Positions 34,980 to 45,428 of a stretch of DNA of 64,000 nucleotides are shown piece by piece. The stretch comes from Methanobacteriota archaeon (GTDB taxonomy: Archaea > Thermoplasmatota > E2 > DHVEG-1): positions 1-64,000 of the forward strand of contig CAVYNH010000005.1 of assembly GCA_963769885.1 (NCBI GenBank). The letters run 5' to 3'. Below the pieces are notes generated by a model, which saw only the letters and a list, made by a program, of their open reading frames with translations, ran no database searches and was not told where the DNA came from. Within the stretch, counting starts at the first letter, position 1; each line of letters starts with the position of its first letter. The position numbers and the translations under genes were made by a program.

Positions 34980-35717
34980 CTACCCGCGCCTGGGTCCCCC
35001 CACTCGCCGGTCCAATGCCTCCTTCAGCTCCAGGCAGTTCTCCGGGGCGTACGCGAACGCATCGTTATTGAAGTATCCATAAACGTCCTTCACCGGCAGC
35101 CGAGAAAGCAGATCAGCCCACTGCTCAATCTGCCTTCGACTGTACCTCGTCGCGTACAAGAGGGCATCGCCATGCCACCGCACATAGGCAAACGACGCCG
35201 TCGCCTTCACCACCACAGGAAGTGCGGGTGAGCTTACGATGCACAGGCCGATGTGATACCGCTCCAACAGCGCATACACCTCCTGGGTGAACCAACTCGG
35301 ATGACGAAACTCCACCACCTGAGGAATTTCAGGGTCAAGATCCGCTAAAAACGATTCCAGCAGCGGCAAATCCAACGAAAGCGAAGGCGGCAGCTGCCAT
35401 AAGACAATCCCCAGCTTCTCACCGACCAGACCCACCCGGGCATAGAACCGGGAAAGATACTCGGCAGTCCCCTTCAGTTTCTTCAAGTGCGTGACGACCC
35501 GGCTCCCCTTGAATGCAAAGACGAAGCCCTCCGGAGTCTTCTCCCGCCACCCCGTCACCATCGACTCTGAGGGAAGACGGTAGAACGAAGCATTGACCTC
35601 CACCGTGTTGAACCTCGTGCAATAAAACGACAGCCACTCCTGCCTCGGCAGACCCGAAGGATAGAACCGCCCAGCCCAATGAGCATAATACCACCCAGAG
35701 GTCCCAAGGTAGTTCAT
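34980..35717 (-). CDS. DUF72 (YecE) family protein
   Basis: GTSGW, VEVNASFY, LWQLPP, EFRHPSW, YVRWHG, YFNND. Confidence 0.92.
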   Translation of the reverse strand: MNYLGTSGWYYAHWAGRFYPSGLPRQEWLSFYCTRFNTVEVNASFYRLPSESMVTGWREKTPEGFVFAFKGSRVVTHLKKLKGTAEYLSRFYARVGLVGEKLGIVLWQLPPSLSLDLPLLESFLADLDPEIPQVVEFRHPSWFTQEVYALLERYHIGLCIVSSPALPVVVKATASFAYVRWHGDALLYATRYSRRQIEQWADLLSRLPVKDVYGYFNNDAFAYAPENCLELKEALDRRVGGPRRG

Positions 35718-35835
35718 AGCTAGATAGGAATGCGCTCAGTGGTATTTGATGGTAGCATCCTCGAAAGGAGGCAAGAGTGACACGACCATTGGGATGCACT
35801 GCTGCTCCCTGCATCATTGAGGAAAGAAATTTACG

Positions 35836-37341
35836 CTATTCCTCGCTTACAAGGGTCGTAAGCGGGTTCGTGCCCTCCGCCATAAGTTTCAAATACGGCT
35901 TAAGTCTCCGATCCATGTAATGAATAACCAGGCTGATAGCCCACCGCTTCGAGAAGCCCATATTCATCGCCCGCAGGTTCTCGTCGGCGATTGACTGCAC
36001 CCATTTGAAATCGTGGCTAATGCAGGCCTCGAGCAGCTGCCAATGTAGCGGCGTCATATCCTTCAGGCTGAAAAACCCCTTACCTTGCAGGTTACCGAGC
36101 GGGACGAAAAACAAGGGAACAATCAGCGATTTGTACTTCCCAAGTTCATGGACCAAGTCAATCGTCTGCTGAACATCCTCGGGCTCCTCACCGGGAAGCC
36201 CCATAATCAAGGTCTCCGCCGGAATCCACTTGTTATCCGCCAGAATCTGGTGCGACTCCCGGACCACATCCGGCCAAGCCTCCGGGACAAACGGCTTGAC
36301 CTTGCCTTTCATCTGATTCTCAATGATCCGCGGGGAGCCGGTCTCCAAGCCCACCTGCCCGCTGATGAACGGACAGGACCGCGAGCCCACCTCCATTATC
36401 TCAGAGAGCTGCTGAATGAGCGATGGCTTCGCGACCACGGAGGCATGCGCGAAATGGCTGATCCCCACGACTGACGTCAGCTTCCGGCCTTCGGTGAAGA
36501 GCGCGGCCACCTCCGTCTCATTGGGCGTGAACCCCTTCGCCTTGTACCGCAGGACATCCTCCGAATGGAAGATGATTCCCGCCCCCGCCTCGACGTTCAC
36601 GCGCGCCTCCTGCATGATATAGTCAATCGGAAAACACCGGTAATTCGTCATCGTCGGAGTACAGAACCGACAGCCGCGACCGCAGCCCCGGGCGATCTCG
36701 ATAAGACCGTTCAGAGTCGGCCGGCGAATCAACGGAATATCCTTGAGCGGGACCACTTGGCCTTGAACGACCATCGGCAGTTTCTCCCCCGCAATAGCCT
36801 TCTTAATCAGTTCGACAGCGGTGATCTCCCCCTCCCCGATGACCACGCTGTCAACGCCCATCTTCGCCATAATCCGCTCATCGGTCAGCTGCCAGGCCCC
36901 AGAGCCACCGACAATCACCTTCACCCCGTAGATACGAATTTGGGGCGTGCGAATGAGCTTACGGAAATAAATTGAGGTGTACGTTTCTCTCCCACCCAGC
37001 TGGCCGAACGTCGTGGAGGCCGGACCGAGCCCGAGGGGATCATGGGTGGTGATACCGACGACCTTGGTGTCCTTGGTGATAGTCTTGCCGAGCATCTGCG
37101 AAGGGACGACGGCGACATCGTCCTCGGAAAAGCCGTTGGCAAGCAAGGCTGCTTCGATCTTCCGCTGACCGCAGTGCGCGTAACGCAGTCGGCCATCTTC
37201 AACTTTGGAGTCGGGAAGGAAGATTCGTTCATACAGCCACTTCGGGATGAAGCTTGGGGCGCATGCCGCAAACCCAAGGAATATATGCCGATTATATTCA
37301 GAAGTGAGTGTCCTGTCGGCCGTTAAGATGACTTTGACCAT
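35836..37341 (-). CDS. B12-binding-domain radical SAM protein
   Basis: VIVGGSG / VVIGEGE B12-binding-like region, EIARGCGRGCRFC, GLETGS. Confidence 0.85.
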   Translation of the reverse strand: MVKVILTADRTLTSEYNRHIFLGFAACAPSFIPKWLYERIFLPDSKVEDGRLRYAHCGQRKIEAALLANGFSEDDVAVVPSQMLGKTITKDTKVVGITTHDPLGLGPASTTFGQLGGRETYTSIYFRKLIRTPQIRIYGVKVIVGGSGAWQLTDERIMAKMGVDSVVIGEGEITAVELIKKAIAGEKLPMVVQGQVVPLKDIPLIRRPTLNGLIEIARGCGRGCRFCTPTMTNYRCFPIDYIMQEARVNVEAGAGIIFHSEDVLRYKAKGFTPNETEVAALFTEGRKLTSVVGISHFAHASVVAKPSLIQQLSEIMEVGSRSCPFISGQVGLETGSPRIIENQMKGKVKPFVPEAWPDVVRESHQILADNKWIPAETLIMGLPGEEPEDVQQTIDLVHELGKYKSLIVPLFFVPLGNLQGKGFFSLKDMTPLHWQLLEACISHDFKWVQSIADENLRAMNMGFSKRWAISLVIHYMDRRLKPYLKLMAEGTNPLTTLVSEE

Positions 37342-37477
37342 TCATTCGCCAGCTGAGTTTTTTCCACTTTTCCGCTAATATCGTTGGCCCTCGCGATTGC
37401 CAACCAGTTCATGACTTGATAATGATTATGGTCCAAAGCCATAATTATACTTCGTATAAAAATAATTTTCAATAGCT

Positions 37478-38470
37478 CTAACCGATATTAATTCCCTGAG
37501 ATTCCCAGGGGGAATCCTCAATTGCATCCAAGAGATGGAGGAATTGCGTATAATCCATCAAGTGGACATCCTTGTTGAAGGCCGCCCGGTTCTTGATTTG
37601 GGGAAAATAGTGGGAAAAGATGCTACGCATGCGGATCGCCGCCCCCCAGGGCGTGTACATGTCTGTGAGATAGTCAAAGTGCTGTCGGCAGATGGTTCGT
37701 CGTTCCTCGAAGCTCGGGGGATGGTACGCGGTGTGGTCGATGGTTGCTTGAATCTCAGGGATAAGCCAGGGGTTGCCGATGAGGAAGCGGCCGGGCATGA
37801 TGCCAGCGCATCCCGTCTTGTTGATGACAGCGCGGGCGATTTCTCCGGAGGAGACCCCGCCGTTTGCGATTACTGGGATGGAGAGCGCGGAGACGGCCTG
37901 CGCGATGCAAGGGTGGTTCACGCTTGGGGAGGTCTTGTGATCTCCGGTTCTGCCGTGGATAGTAATCGCTGTCGCGCCAGCCTCCTGCAGGCGCAGGCAG
38001 AGGGGGAGGTAGTTTTGCAGTGCGGGTGTTGGCCCGAGGCGGATCTTTGTAGTGACCGGGACATCCACCGCCTGGACGAGGGCTGAGACAAGGTTTGCGG
38101 CGTGCTGCTCGTTGAGCATGAGAGCGACGCCCTCGCCGCGCCGTGTGACCTTTGGGGCGGTGCAGCCCATGTTGATGTCGATGAACTCGAAGCCTTCGTT
38201 GACGAGGATCTTGGCGGCGGCAATCATTTCTTGGGGGTCTCGCCCGAGGAGTTGGGCGCCGTTGAGGTGGCCGCCGTCGGTCCGGCGCAGCATCTGCATC
38301 GTGCGTTTGTTGTGTCTGACGACGGCTGAGGTGTGGACCATTTCGGTGGTGATGAATCCGGGGTGGAAGGAGGAGAGGATGACGCGGTACGGGTAGTCGG
38401 TGTACCCCGTGAGGGGCGGTAGGATGCATCGGGTTTTCTGGAGGGTCTGCAGGAACCTGGCGTTGGTCAT
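37478..38470 (-). CDS. dus: tRNA-dihydrouridine synthase
   Basis: PLTGYTD, TEMV, IDINMGC, KIRLG, IHGRT, PVIANGG. Start at ATG 38470. Confidence 0.9.
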   Translation of the reverse strand: MTNARFLQTLQKTRCILPPLTGYTDYPYRVILSSFHPGFITTEMVHTSAVVRHNKRTMQMLRRTDGGHLNGAQLLGRDPQEMIAAAKILVNEGFEFIDINMGCTAPKVTRRGEGVALMLNEQHAANLVSALVQAVDVPVTTKIRLGPTPALQNYLPLCLRLQEAGATAITIHGRTGDHKTSPSVNHPCIAQAVSALSIPVIANGGVSSGEIARAVINKTGCAGIMPGRFLIGNPWLIPEIQATIDHTAYHPPSFEERRTICRQHFDYLTDMYTPWGAAIRMRSIFSHYFPQIKNRAAFNKDVHLMDYTQFLHLLDAIEDSPWESQGINIG

Positions 38471-38529
38471 TCTCGAGGGGCAGCATCGCGGCTCTATGAT
38501 AAAAGGTCTTCCGAACAATCCAAGGGGAG

Positions 38530-39741
38530 CTATTCGTAGCGGACCGCTTCGATGGGGCTCATCCGGGCGGCCTTCCATGCGGGGTACAAACTGGAGAGAA
38601 CACCAACAATAATAGAGACAGTGACCGCAAGAACCACCGACATCAATGTAATAATAGGAGTAAGGCTCGATGAGCTGCCCATGCTCATAAAACTATTAAG
38701 GATCATCGTGAGTCCCTGAGATCCGAACACCCCAAGGATAATGCCGATAATACCCCCAATGCTACTGACTAGCATTCCTTCGATAATAAAGATACTCATG
38801 ATATCTAGATTGGTCGCACCAATCGCCTTCATAATACCAATTTCTCTTGTCCGCTCCATCACTGAGGTTAACATCGTGTTCATAATTCCAATCGAAGCAA
38901 CGACTAGCGCGATGGAGGCAATAGCGACAAGCACCAACTGAAGGATTCCTATAATAGTTTGAACAGTCTTGAGAATAGAGGTCATCGTGGTTGCTGTCGC
39001 AAAGTCTTTCTGCCCATGGTTTCCATTGATGGTATTCTGAATGGAGGTAGCAATGGATTCTGCGTCATTGACGTTGTATACACGCAAATAAATTAAACTG
39101 ATGTTACTCTGACCAGTTAATTTCTGAAAATCTCGGGAACTCATCAACACCGATGTATCTGAGGACACACCGCCGAAACCCTGTTTCCCGAAGATACCAC
39201 TAACAAAAAATTTCTCACCGTTAATCTTAATCCTTCCACCAATAGAAATCGTAGCATCAAAGGTATCATGTGCGATCCCATAGCCAATCATAATTTCATT
39301 CTGTTCGCCTTCGGTGAGGAATCCCCCCGCCTCAAGATTCTGACTCGCATATTGAAGCCGCATGACACTGATATCCATACCAGTCAGAGACACAATCGTC
39401 GTCTGGCCGTTATATTCCGCGAGACCAGAACCAGATAGCTGTGTACTCACCTCTTTAACACCTTGGAGACGCTGAACATCCGCAATATCGCGCTGCGTAA
39501 AATATTCACCAGTTGAGCCTCCACCGCCAAAGGAGGAAAACATATTTCCTCCGGTAGACACAATGATGACATCTGATAACGACGAGAGCTCTCCGGTGAC
39601 CGCCTGCTGCATACCCTCTCCAAGGGCCATCAGAGAGATAATCGCCATGATACCAATCGCGATGCCAAGCAATGTCAGCAATGACCGCGACATGCGATTC
39701 CTGAGATTTTTCACAGCGATCTTCACATGATCCCTAAACAT
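38530..39741 (-). CDS. ABC transporter permease (MacB/FtsX type)
   Basis: RSLLTLLGIAIGI, SVMERTREIGIMKAIGA, AARMSPIEAVRYE. Confidence 0.95.
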   Translation of the reverse strand: MFRDHVKIAVKNLRNRMSRSLLTLLGIAIGIMAIISLMALGEGMQQAVTGELSSLSDVIIVSTGGNMFSSFGGGGSTGEYFTQRDIADVQRLQGVKEVSTQLSGSGLAEYNGQTTIVSLTGMDISVMRLQYASQNLEAGGFLTEGEQNEIMIGYGIAHDTFDATISIGGRIKINGEKFFVSGIFGKQGFGGVSSDTSVLMSSRDFQKLTGQSNISLIYLRVYNVNDAESIATSIQNTINGNHGQKDFATATTMTSILKTVQTIIGILQLVLVAIASIALVVASIGIMNTMLTSVMERTREIGIMKAIGATNLDIMSIFIIEGMLVSSIGGIIGIILGVFGSQGLTMILNSFMSMGSSSSLTPIITLMSVVLAVTVSIIVGVLSSLYPAWKAARMSPIEAVRYE

Positions 39742-40417
39742 GATCCTCCCGAACCTCTCCGTCCTGGATCCGAAGCACCCGTTTCGCACGCTGCGCTATC
39801 GCCATATTATGCGTCACCACGATGATGGTTTCTCCCTTCTTATTGACATCTTCTAAAATACGCATAATATTCTCCCCTGATTTAGAGTCGACATTGCCTG
39901 TGGGTTCATCCGCAAGAATTATCGAAGGATTATTCGCAAGGGCACGCGCAATGGCTACTCGCTGCTGTTCACCACCACTCATCTCTGATGGTTTATGGGT
40001 CAAGCGTTTCGAAAGCTCGACCATCTCTAAAAGCTGTTTTGCTTTTTTCGTCCGCGTTTGAGAATCGACACCAGCAAACCCCATGGAGAGCTCAACATTC
40101 TCCAATGCATTCAACGTAGGAATCAGATTATATTTCTGAAAAATAAAACCAATCTTCTCCCGTCGTATACGAGCAAGCTCTTTTTCATTTAACGTCGATA
40201 CATCATGCCCATCAATGAAAATCTTGCCAGTACTCGGTTTATCAAGACATCCCAGAAGATTCATTAGGGTTGATTTCCCTGATCCGGATGGACCGATAAC
40301 GGCGATGTAATCCCCCTGTTTAATCTCGAGATTGGTATCTCGCAGTGCGAAAACCTGCAACGGGGGCTTGCCATAGGTTTTTGAGATGTGCTGCGTGACA
40401 ATGACGTCCTTGTCCAT
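39734..40417 (-). CDS. ABC transporter ATP-binding protein (LolD type)
   Basis: [29 protein letters not shown] coupling at 40415-40419. Confidence 0.95.
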   Translation of the reverse strand: MDKDVIVTQHISKTYGKPPLQVFALRDTNLEIKQGDYIAVIGPSGSGKSTLMNLLGCLDKPSTGKIFIDGHDVSTLNEKELARIRREKIGFIFQKYNLIPTLNALENVELSMGFAGVDSQTRTKKAKQLLEMVELSKRLTHKPSEMSGGEQQRVAIARALANNPSIILADEPTGNVDSKSGENIMRILEDVNKKGETIIVVTHNMAIAQRAKRVLRIQDGEVREDHV

Positions 40418-41706
40418 TACGCCTTCCTTCGTTTTTTCCACCGCATATAGAGGACTACAAGCGCAGCGCTGACAACGATGATAAGAATCAATGACGTGAC
40501 ACAGACAGTTAACGAAGGTGTCTGAGGCATGCCACTTGACCCGGAGTTGCTGCTCGAGCTACCAGTGGTTTGATAAGTAGTTCCTGGCCCGGAGACCACG
40601 TTATATGTTTTACTGACCAGCGGGGTCTCGTAATAGTCATTTCCCTGTTTGAAGGAGACTTTAAATCCAATGATCTGCGTCCCGTATCCGACCGTGTCTG
40701 TATAGATGTCAAATGATGCTGAGAACACATCATCAGGATCCATTGAGCCGATAAAATATTGCGAGGGAATCACCGTCGCATTGCAGATAGGGGTTACGAG
40801 AACGCCTGTGATCTTCTCTGTTTTTGCGTTATACACCTCGATACTGATCTGGGAGGAGCCGCCTTTCGTGATACTACGGGGAAAATTGGTAATAATCGGT
40901 GCAACATCCAACGCCTCGATTACGGAAAGGGGAGCGGTTAATGCATTTGTATGTAGATTATCCCCATTCTTGTAGTTCACAGAGAAGGAAATATTACCCG
41001 CTCCTGTTTCAATAGGTTTTACCGAAAAAATCACGTCTTCTGATGTTTCTGCGGCAAGTGACCCGATGAAATAACTCTCCGGGACGAACTCGACACCGTC
41101 TCCGTGTGGGGTGATGACGACATCTTTTACCGCGTTTTCTCTTTTGTTGACTGCCGTAACGGTCAGCTCTGTTGTTCCTCCATTAGAGATTTTTGACGGG
41201 ACACTGGTTGGGAGGAGATCAACTGAAGCATTACTTACTTTGACTAAAAGAGGATAGATGACATCGGAACCACCACTGACATCGACATTGACAATGGGAA
41301 AATAGATTCCTTCACTCATGTTCGTATCGACAAGCAGTTTGAAGTTTACCTCGATGCTTGCTCCTGAGGCAAGATAACCGATATCTTCATAGTTGGCTGT
41401 CGCGCGAATTTGTTTTCCCCCAGATTGTGCAGGACTAATCCAGATATTATTAATATCGACTCCAAGGGTATGAGTAGTAGTTGTTGAATCTCCACCCACG
41501 ACGGATGTTGATGATTCTGACGCGATTTCCGCATTTTTCACCTCAAGGGTGAGCACTGCGGAATCACCAGGCATGAGGATTTCTGGGGATAACTGGTATT
41601 GTGTGATCATGACGGCTGGACTTGCATGTACAATGGGAATACACAGGGAGACGAATGCACTGAGAATCAGTGTCGATAGAATCGTTGTTGTCATTATTTT
41701 TTTCAT
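40417..41706 (-). CDS. COG1361 S-layer-domain membrane-anchored protein
   Basis: Signal peptide, PEILMPGD, repeated YFIGS Ig-like units, C-terminal TM plus basic tail, directly upstream of an ABC exporter. Confidence 0.85.
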   Translation of the reverse strand: MKKIMTTTILSTLILSAFVSLCIPIVHASPAVMITQYQLSPEILMPGDSAVLTLEVKNAEIASESSTSVVGGDSTTTTHTLGVDINNIWISPAQSGGKQIRATANYEDIGYLASGASIEVNFKLLVDTNMSEGIYFPIVNVDVSGGSDVIYPLLVKVSNASVDLLPTSVPSKISNGGTTELTVTAVNKRENAVKDVVITPHGDGVEFVPESYFIGSLAAETSEDVIFSVKPIETGAGNISFSVNYKNGDNLHTNALTAPLSVIEALDVAPIITNFPRSITKGGSSQISIEVYNAKTEKITGVLVTPICNATVIPSQYFIGSMDPDDVFSASFDIYTDTVGYGTQIIGFKVSFKQGNDYYETPLVSKTYNVVSGPGTTYQTTGSSSSNSGSSGMPQTPSLTVCVTSLILIIVVSAALVVLYMRWKKRRKA

Positions 41707-41708
41707 TT

Positions 41709-42191
41709 TTAGTTTACCTCCTTTTGTAAATCAGATGCGCAACGTTTAAGTATTTTTATTACTTCGCATTTTTTTTCTTTGGATGCCATGAACACGGTGT
41801 TTTGTATCCGCATCATAGTTGAGGCGGCTTCATTATCTTCTTCGATAACATCGGTCATTAAATTTCTAAACTTCATGAATTTTTTCATCATGTGTTCCCC
41901 CTGTTTTTTTACCTGGAGTATCATTTTTTTTCCTGTGGGTGTGATTTCAAATATATTTTTTGCTCGTTTGCCTTTGGTTTTTACTTTAATGAGTCCTCCT
42001 TTTTCTAATTGTTTTAAAAGAGGATAGATGGTTCCCTTGCTCGGCACCCAGGTTCCTTCGGTTTTTTCTTTGATTTCTGAAATGATTTCATAACCAGATT
42101 TCGGTTTCTTTTTTAGGGAGCAGAGAAGGTATATAGTGAGTATTCCTCTCTGTTGCCCATTATGAGTTTCAAAATTCATGATGTTGGACAC
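41709..42191 (-). CDS. PadR-family transcriptional regulator
   Basis: SGYEII...WVPSKGTIYPLLKQLEKGGLI...FEITPTG. Confidence 0.9.
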   Translation of the reverse strand: MSNIMNFETHNGQQRGILTIYLLCSLKKKPKSGYEIISEIKEKTEGTWVPSKGTIYPLLKQLEKGGLIKVKTKGKRAKNIFEITPTGKKMILQVKKQGEHMMKKFMKFRNLMTDVIEEDNEAASTMMRIQNTVFMASKEKKCEVIKILKRCASDLQKEVN

Positions 42192-42524
42192 GAGGCTGGG
42201 TAAATAAAGATCAATTTATAAATATTTCGGTAATGAACGGTTCGTTACCGATATATTTTTCAATCCGCACGATTTGTGAGATCTCCTGCGTCATCAGACA
42301 CTCGATATCGCCGTTTTTCTCGAGCTGGAGAGCTAGATAAGCTACACGACGCTTGACCACTTCAGATCTGAATTTGTAGACCTTGAGGAGGGAGGATGAT
42401 GATAGCAAGAGGTTTTTGGTTGGTGAGTCTCATTTGTGAACCTCATGGGGTCAGGCGTGGTAACACGCATGGCCGATAAAAGGGTTTGGGATGGTTCAGG
42501 GGTGGTCTTTGGTAAGGGGGTGGG

Positions 42525-43538
42525 TTAAATGAAGAGGTGGATGATGGTGTAGGCGGCGAAGCCGATGAGGGCACTGATGGGGATGGTGAGAATCCAGACC
42601 CAGACGATGTTGCGGGCGATGCCCCAGCGGACGGCGCTGAGGCGTTTGGTAGCGCCGACGCCCATGATGGAGGAGCAGATGACGTGGGTGGTGCTTACGG
42701 GGATGCCGGCGACGGAGGCACCGATGATGGTGGCGGCGCCGGCGGTTTCGGCGGCGAAGCCGTTGACGGGGCGGAGTTTGGTGATTTTTTGGCCCATAGT
42801 TTTGACGATGCGCCAGCCGCCAGCAAGGGTGCCGAGGGCGATGGCGGCGTGGGCGGAGAGGATGACCCAGAAGGGGGTGTCCAGGCCTCCCGTGTTGTTC
42901 AGTGAAATGATGCCGATGCTGAAGAGGAGGGGGGTGATGATGCCCATGGTTTTTTGGGCGTCGTTGGTGCCGTGGCTGAAGCTGTAGAGGCCGGCGGAGA
43001 TGAGTTGGAGGCGTTTGAAGTGGTGGTCGATTTTGTCTTTGGAGGTGTGACGGCAGGCCCAGAGGACGGCGACCATGAAAAGGAAGCCGAAGAGCATGCC
43101 GATGAGGGGGGAGACGATCATGAAGGTGACGGCGAGTTCGACGGTTGCGTAGTGTATGCCTGCCGCTGCCGCAATCCCTGATCCCATGACGCCGCCGATG
43201 AGGGCATGCGAGGAGGAGGTGGGGAGCCCAAGGAACCAGGTGATGATGTTCCAGCTAATCGCGCCGATGAGTCCTCCGAGGATGATGAATGGGATAATGT
43301 CGTGACTGACGGTTTCGAGGTTGATGATCTTGCTGATGGTGCTGGCCACGGCGGTGCCGAAGGTGAAGGCGGCGATGAAGTTGAAGAAGGCGGCGAAGGC
43401 GACGGCGCGTCGAGGTGTGAGGACTTTGGTGGAGACGACAGTGGCGATGGAGTTGGCGGAGTCGTGGAAGCCGTTGGTAAAGTCGAAGATTAAGGCGACG
43501 AAGATGATGGCGATGACGAGGATGAGGAGTGGGGTCAT
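42525..43538 (-). CDS. pit: Inorganic phosphate transporter (PiT family)
   Basis: NGFHDSANSIAT, PTSSSHALIG, HGTNDAQK, PVSTTH. Confidence 0.95.
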   Translation of the reverse strand: MTPLLILVIAIIFVALIFDFTNGFHDSANSIATVVSTKVLTPRRAVAFAAFFNFIAAFTFGTAVASTISKIINLETVSHDIIPFIILGGLIGAISWNIITWFLGLPTSSSHALIGGVMGSGIAAAAGIHYATVELAVTFMIVSPLIGMLFGFLFMVAVLWACRHTSKDKIDHHFKRLQLISAGLYSFSHGTNDAQKTMGIITPLLFSIGIISLNNTGGLDTPFWVILSAHAAIALGTLAGGWRIVKTMGQKITKLRPVNGFAAETAGAATIIGASVAGIPVSTTHVICSSIMGVGATKRLSAVRWGIARNIVWVWILTIPISALIGFAAYTIIHLFI

Positions 43539-43553
43539 TCCTGTGGTCTCATT

Positions 43554-44183
43554 TTAGGTGTATTTGACGAGGATGTCTCCAACGACGTCGGCGACGTCTT
43601 CGCAACGGTCGATGGCTGCCTCCATGTCTTCGTAGAGTTCTTTGAACTTGATGATCTCCACTGGGTCTTTCCTAGTGAAAAGCTCGGCGGTCGCTTTGCG
43701 CAGGAGGATGTCGCCTTCGTTTTCGAAGGTGTGGACTTCTTTGCAGAAATTCTGGATTTGTTTGGCTTCTTTGAGGTTGCGCAACAGGCTGATGCCGCGG
43801 TGGACGTTGAACGAGGCTTTTTGGAGTGTTTTGGCGAAGTCGATCATGTACATGGGTGGCTTGGTGACTTCGTAGAGGACGAGGCGTTCGCTGACGGCTT
43901 CGAGGTTGTCGAGGATGTCGTCGAGGGCGCTGGTGAGTTTGGAGATGTCTTCGCGGTCGATGGGGGTGATGAAGGTTTTGTTGAGTTCGGCGAAGGTGTC
44001 GTGGACCATTTTGTCGCCGTCGTTTTCGATTTTTTTGATGTTTTGGCGTTTTTGTTCGGTGTTTTCGTAGTGTTCGAGCATGTCGACGAGGGCGTTGACG
44101 CCTTCGATGACGTTGCTGCTTTGTTTTTCGATCATATCAAAAAAATGTTTTTCTTTTGGTAGTATCCACGAGAGAATACCCAT
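43554..44183 (-). CDS. DUF47 Pit-accessory protein
   Basis: IENDGD, TFITPIDREDI, DRCEDVAD. Adjacent to pit. Confidence 0.92.
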   Translation of the reverse strand: MGILSWILPKEKHFFDMIEKQSSNVIEGVNALVDMLEHYENTEQKRQNIKKIENDGDKMVHDTFAELNKTFITPIDREDISKLTSALDDILDNLEAVSERLVLYEVTKPPMYMIDFAKTLQKASFNVHRGISLLRNLKEAKQIQNFCKEVHTFENEGDILLRKATAELFTRKDPVEIIKFKELYEDMEAAIDRCEDVADVVGDILVKYT

Positions 44184-44279
44184 TATTGTCTCACTCCTGC
44201 CGCTATCTGGTGGATTTCGGACTCGCCCCCGGGATGGAATCTTTTGGGAGAATATAAACCCCGCATATTTTTTCCAGGT

Positions 44280-45290
44280 TTAGCCGGGGTGTTCGGCGAC
44301 GAGGTAATTGATCACGTTCTCTGAGATATCCTCCGCGTATTCCCCGATGCGTCGGATGCTGTCGACCATGTAGCCGATGCTGAGGACGATGCTGCCTTTT
44401 TGCTTGAGGATGAGGGTGTTGATGGATTCGCAGAGGGTCTCGAGTTGCTTGACGGACTCGATGGTCTCGTTCGAGGCGGTGATGTCTTTTTTGAAGAAGG
44501 CGGTGAGGCTTTTGTTGAATATGTTGAGGGCGAGGCTGCTTGAGGAGAGCATCTGGTCGATGACCTTCTGGTCGATCTTCGCGTCAATGATGTTCGGGAT
44601 GTAGTGCGTAATCTTCACGACGTGGTCGGCGATGCGTTCCATAATCCTGCCGATGAGAAAGCAGGTCGAGGCCATGCCGACGGTGAGGTTCATTTTCTCG
44701 GCAAGGGTGACGTTCTGCAGGATGATATTATATTGGCGGGCGAGGAGCCAGTGGAGGCGGTCCACGTCATTATCGCGGGAAACGACGTCCTGCGCAAGGA
44801 GCGTGTCTTTTGCCTGCAGGGCTCGCATGGCGTCCTCCAGCATCCCCTTGATGATGATCTGCATTCGTTTCACCGTTCGGTCCAGCGGCATTTCCGTGGG
44901 GTCAAGGAGGTCTTTGAGCGTGATGGAGGTGTCAGTCTCTTCGACGACTTCGGGGCCGATGGCGAGCTGGGTGAAGGAGCGGATGATGTTGCGCTCATCG
45001 ACGGTGATCCTCGAGGTCGACGTAATCCTCAAGGTCGTGTACCCCGCGATGTACGCCCCGATGAGTCGCTGGAGGAGGTAGGTGGGATTCTTGATCGAGC
45101 GGGCTTTGAATTCAATCTCCCGTGGTGTCCGTTCCTGGAGGATCTTGGGAGTGAGGAGCAGTGATCCGTCAGCTTGCACATACAGGTGCAGGGAATCGTT
45201 TTTCTTAATCTGGTGAGACTGGACCCAATGCTTGGGGAGTGTAATAATATAAGACGAGCCGCCGGTCATCTGAACGCGCCTGACATCCAT
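44280..45290 (-). CDS. Archaeal phosphate uptake regulator (AbrB-like N-terminus plus PhoU domains)
   Basis: RRVQMTGGSSYIITLPKHW, DNDVDRL, ERIADH, RRIGEY. Confidence 0.9.
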   Translation of the reverse strand: MDVRRVQMTGGSSYIITLPKHWVQSHQIKKNDSLHLYVQADGSLLLTPKILQERTPREIEFKARSIKNPTYLLQRLIGAYIAGYTTLRITSTSRITVDERNIIRSFTQLAIGPEVVEETDTSITLKDLLDPTEMPLDRTVKRMQIIIKGMLEDAMRALQAKDTLLAQDVVSRDNDVDRLHWLLARQYNIILQNVTLAEKMNLTVGMASTCFLIGRIMERIADHVVKITHYIPNIIDAKIDQKVIDQMLSSSSLALNIFNKSLTAFFKKDITASNETIESVKQLETLCESINTLILKQKGSIVLSIGYMVDSIRRIGEYAEDISENVINYLVAEHPG

Positions 45291-45332
45291 AAGAAGGTCA
45301 CCAGAGGGAAAGACTCATCAGGGTTCATAAGG

Positions 45333-45346
45333 ATTTCTATAGAAAT
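45333..45346. promoter_or_regulatory. 14-bp perfect palindrome in the divergent phoU/pstS promoter
   Basis: ATTTCTATAGAAAT, with further TATAG(A) units to about 45388. Confidence 0.4.
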
Positions 45347-45428
45347 ATTGAGACATCATATTACTATATATGCCAATATAGAATATAGCGACAAAGTATA
45401 TATTTTCATTTTCTTTGTATGAACTAAG

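Noticed and set aside
42211-42446. 65-aa ORF between padR and pit
   Set aside because: No recognisable motif or convincing start. Possibly a remnant.
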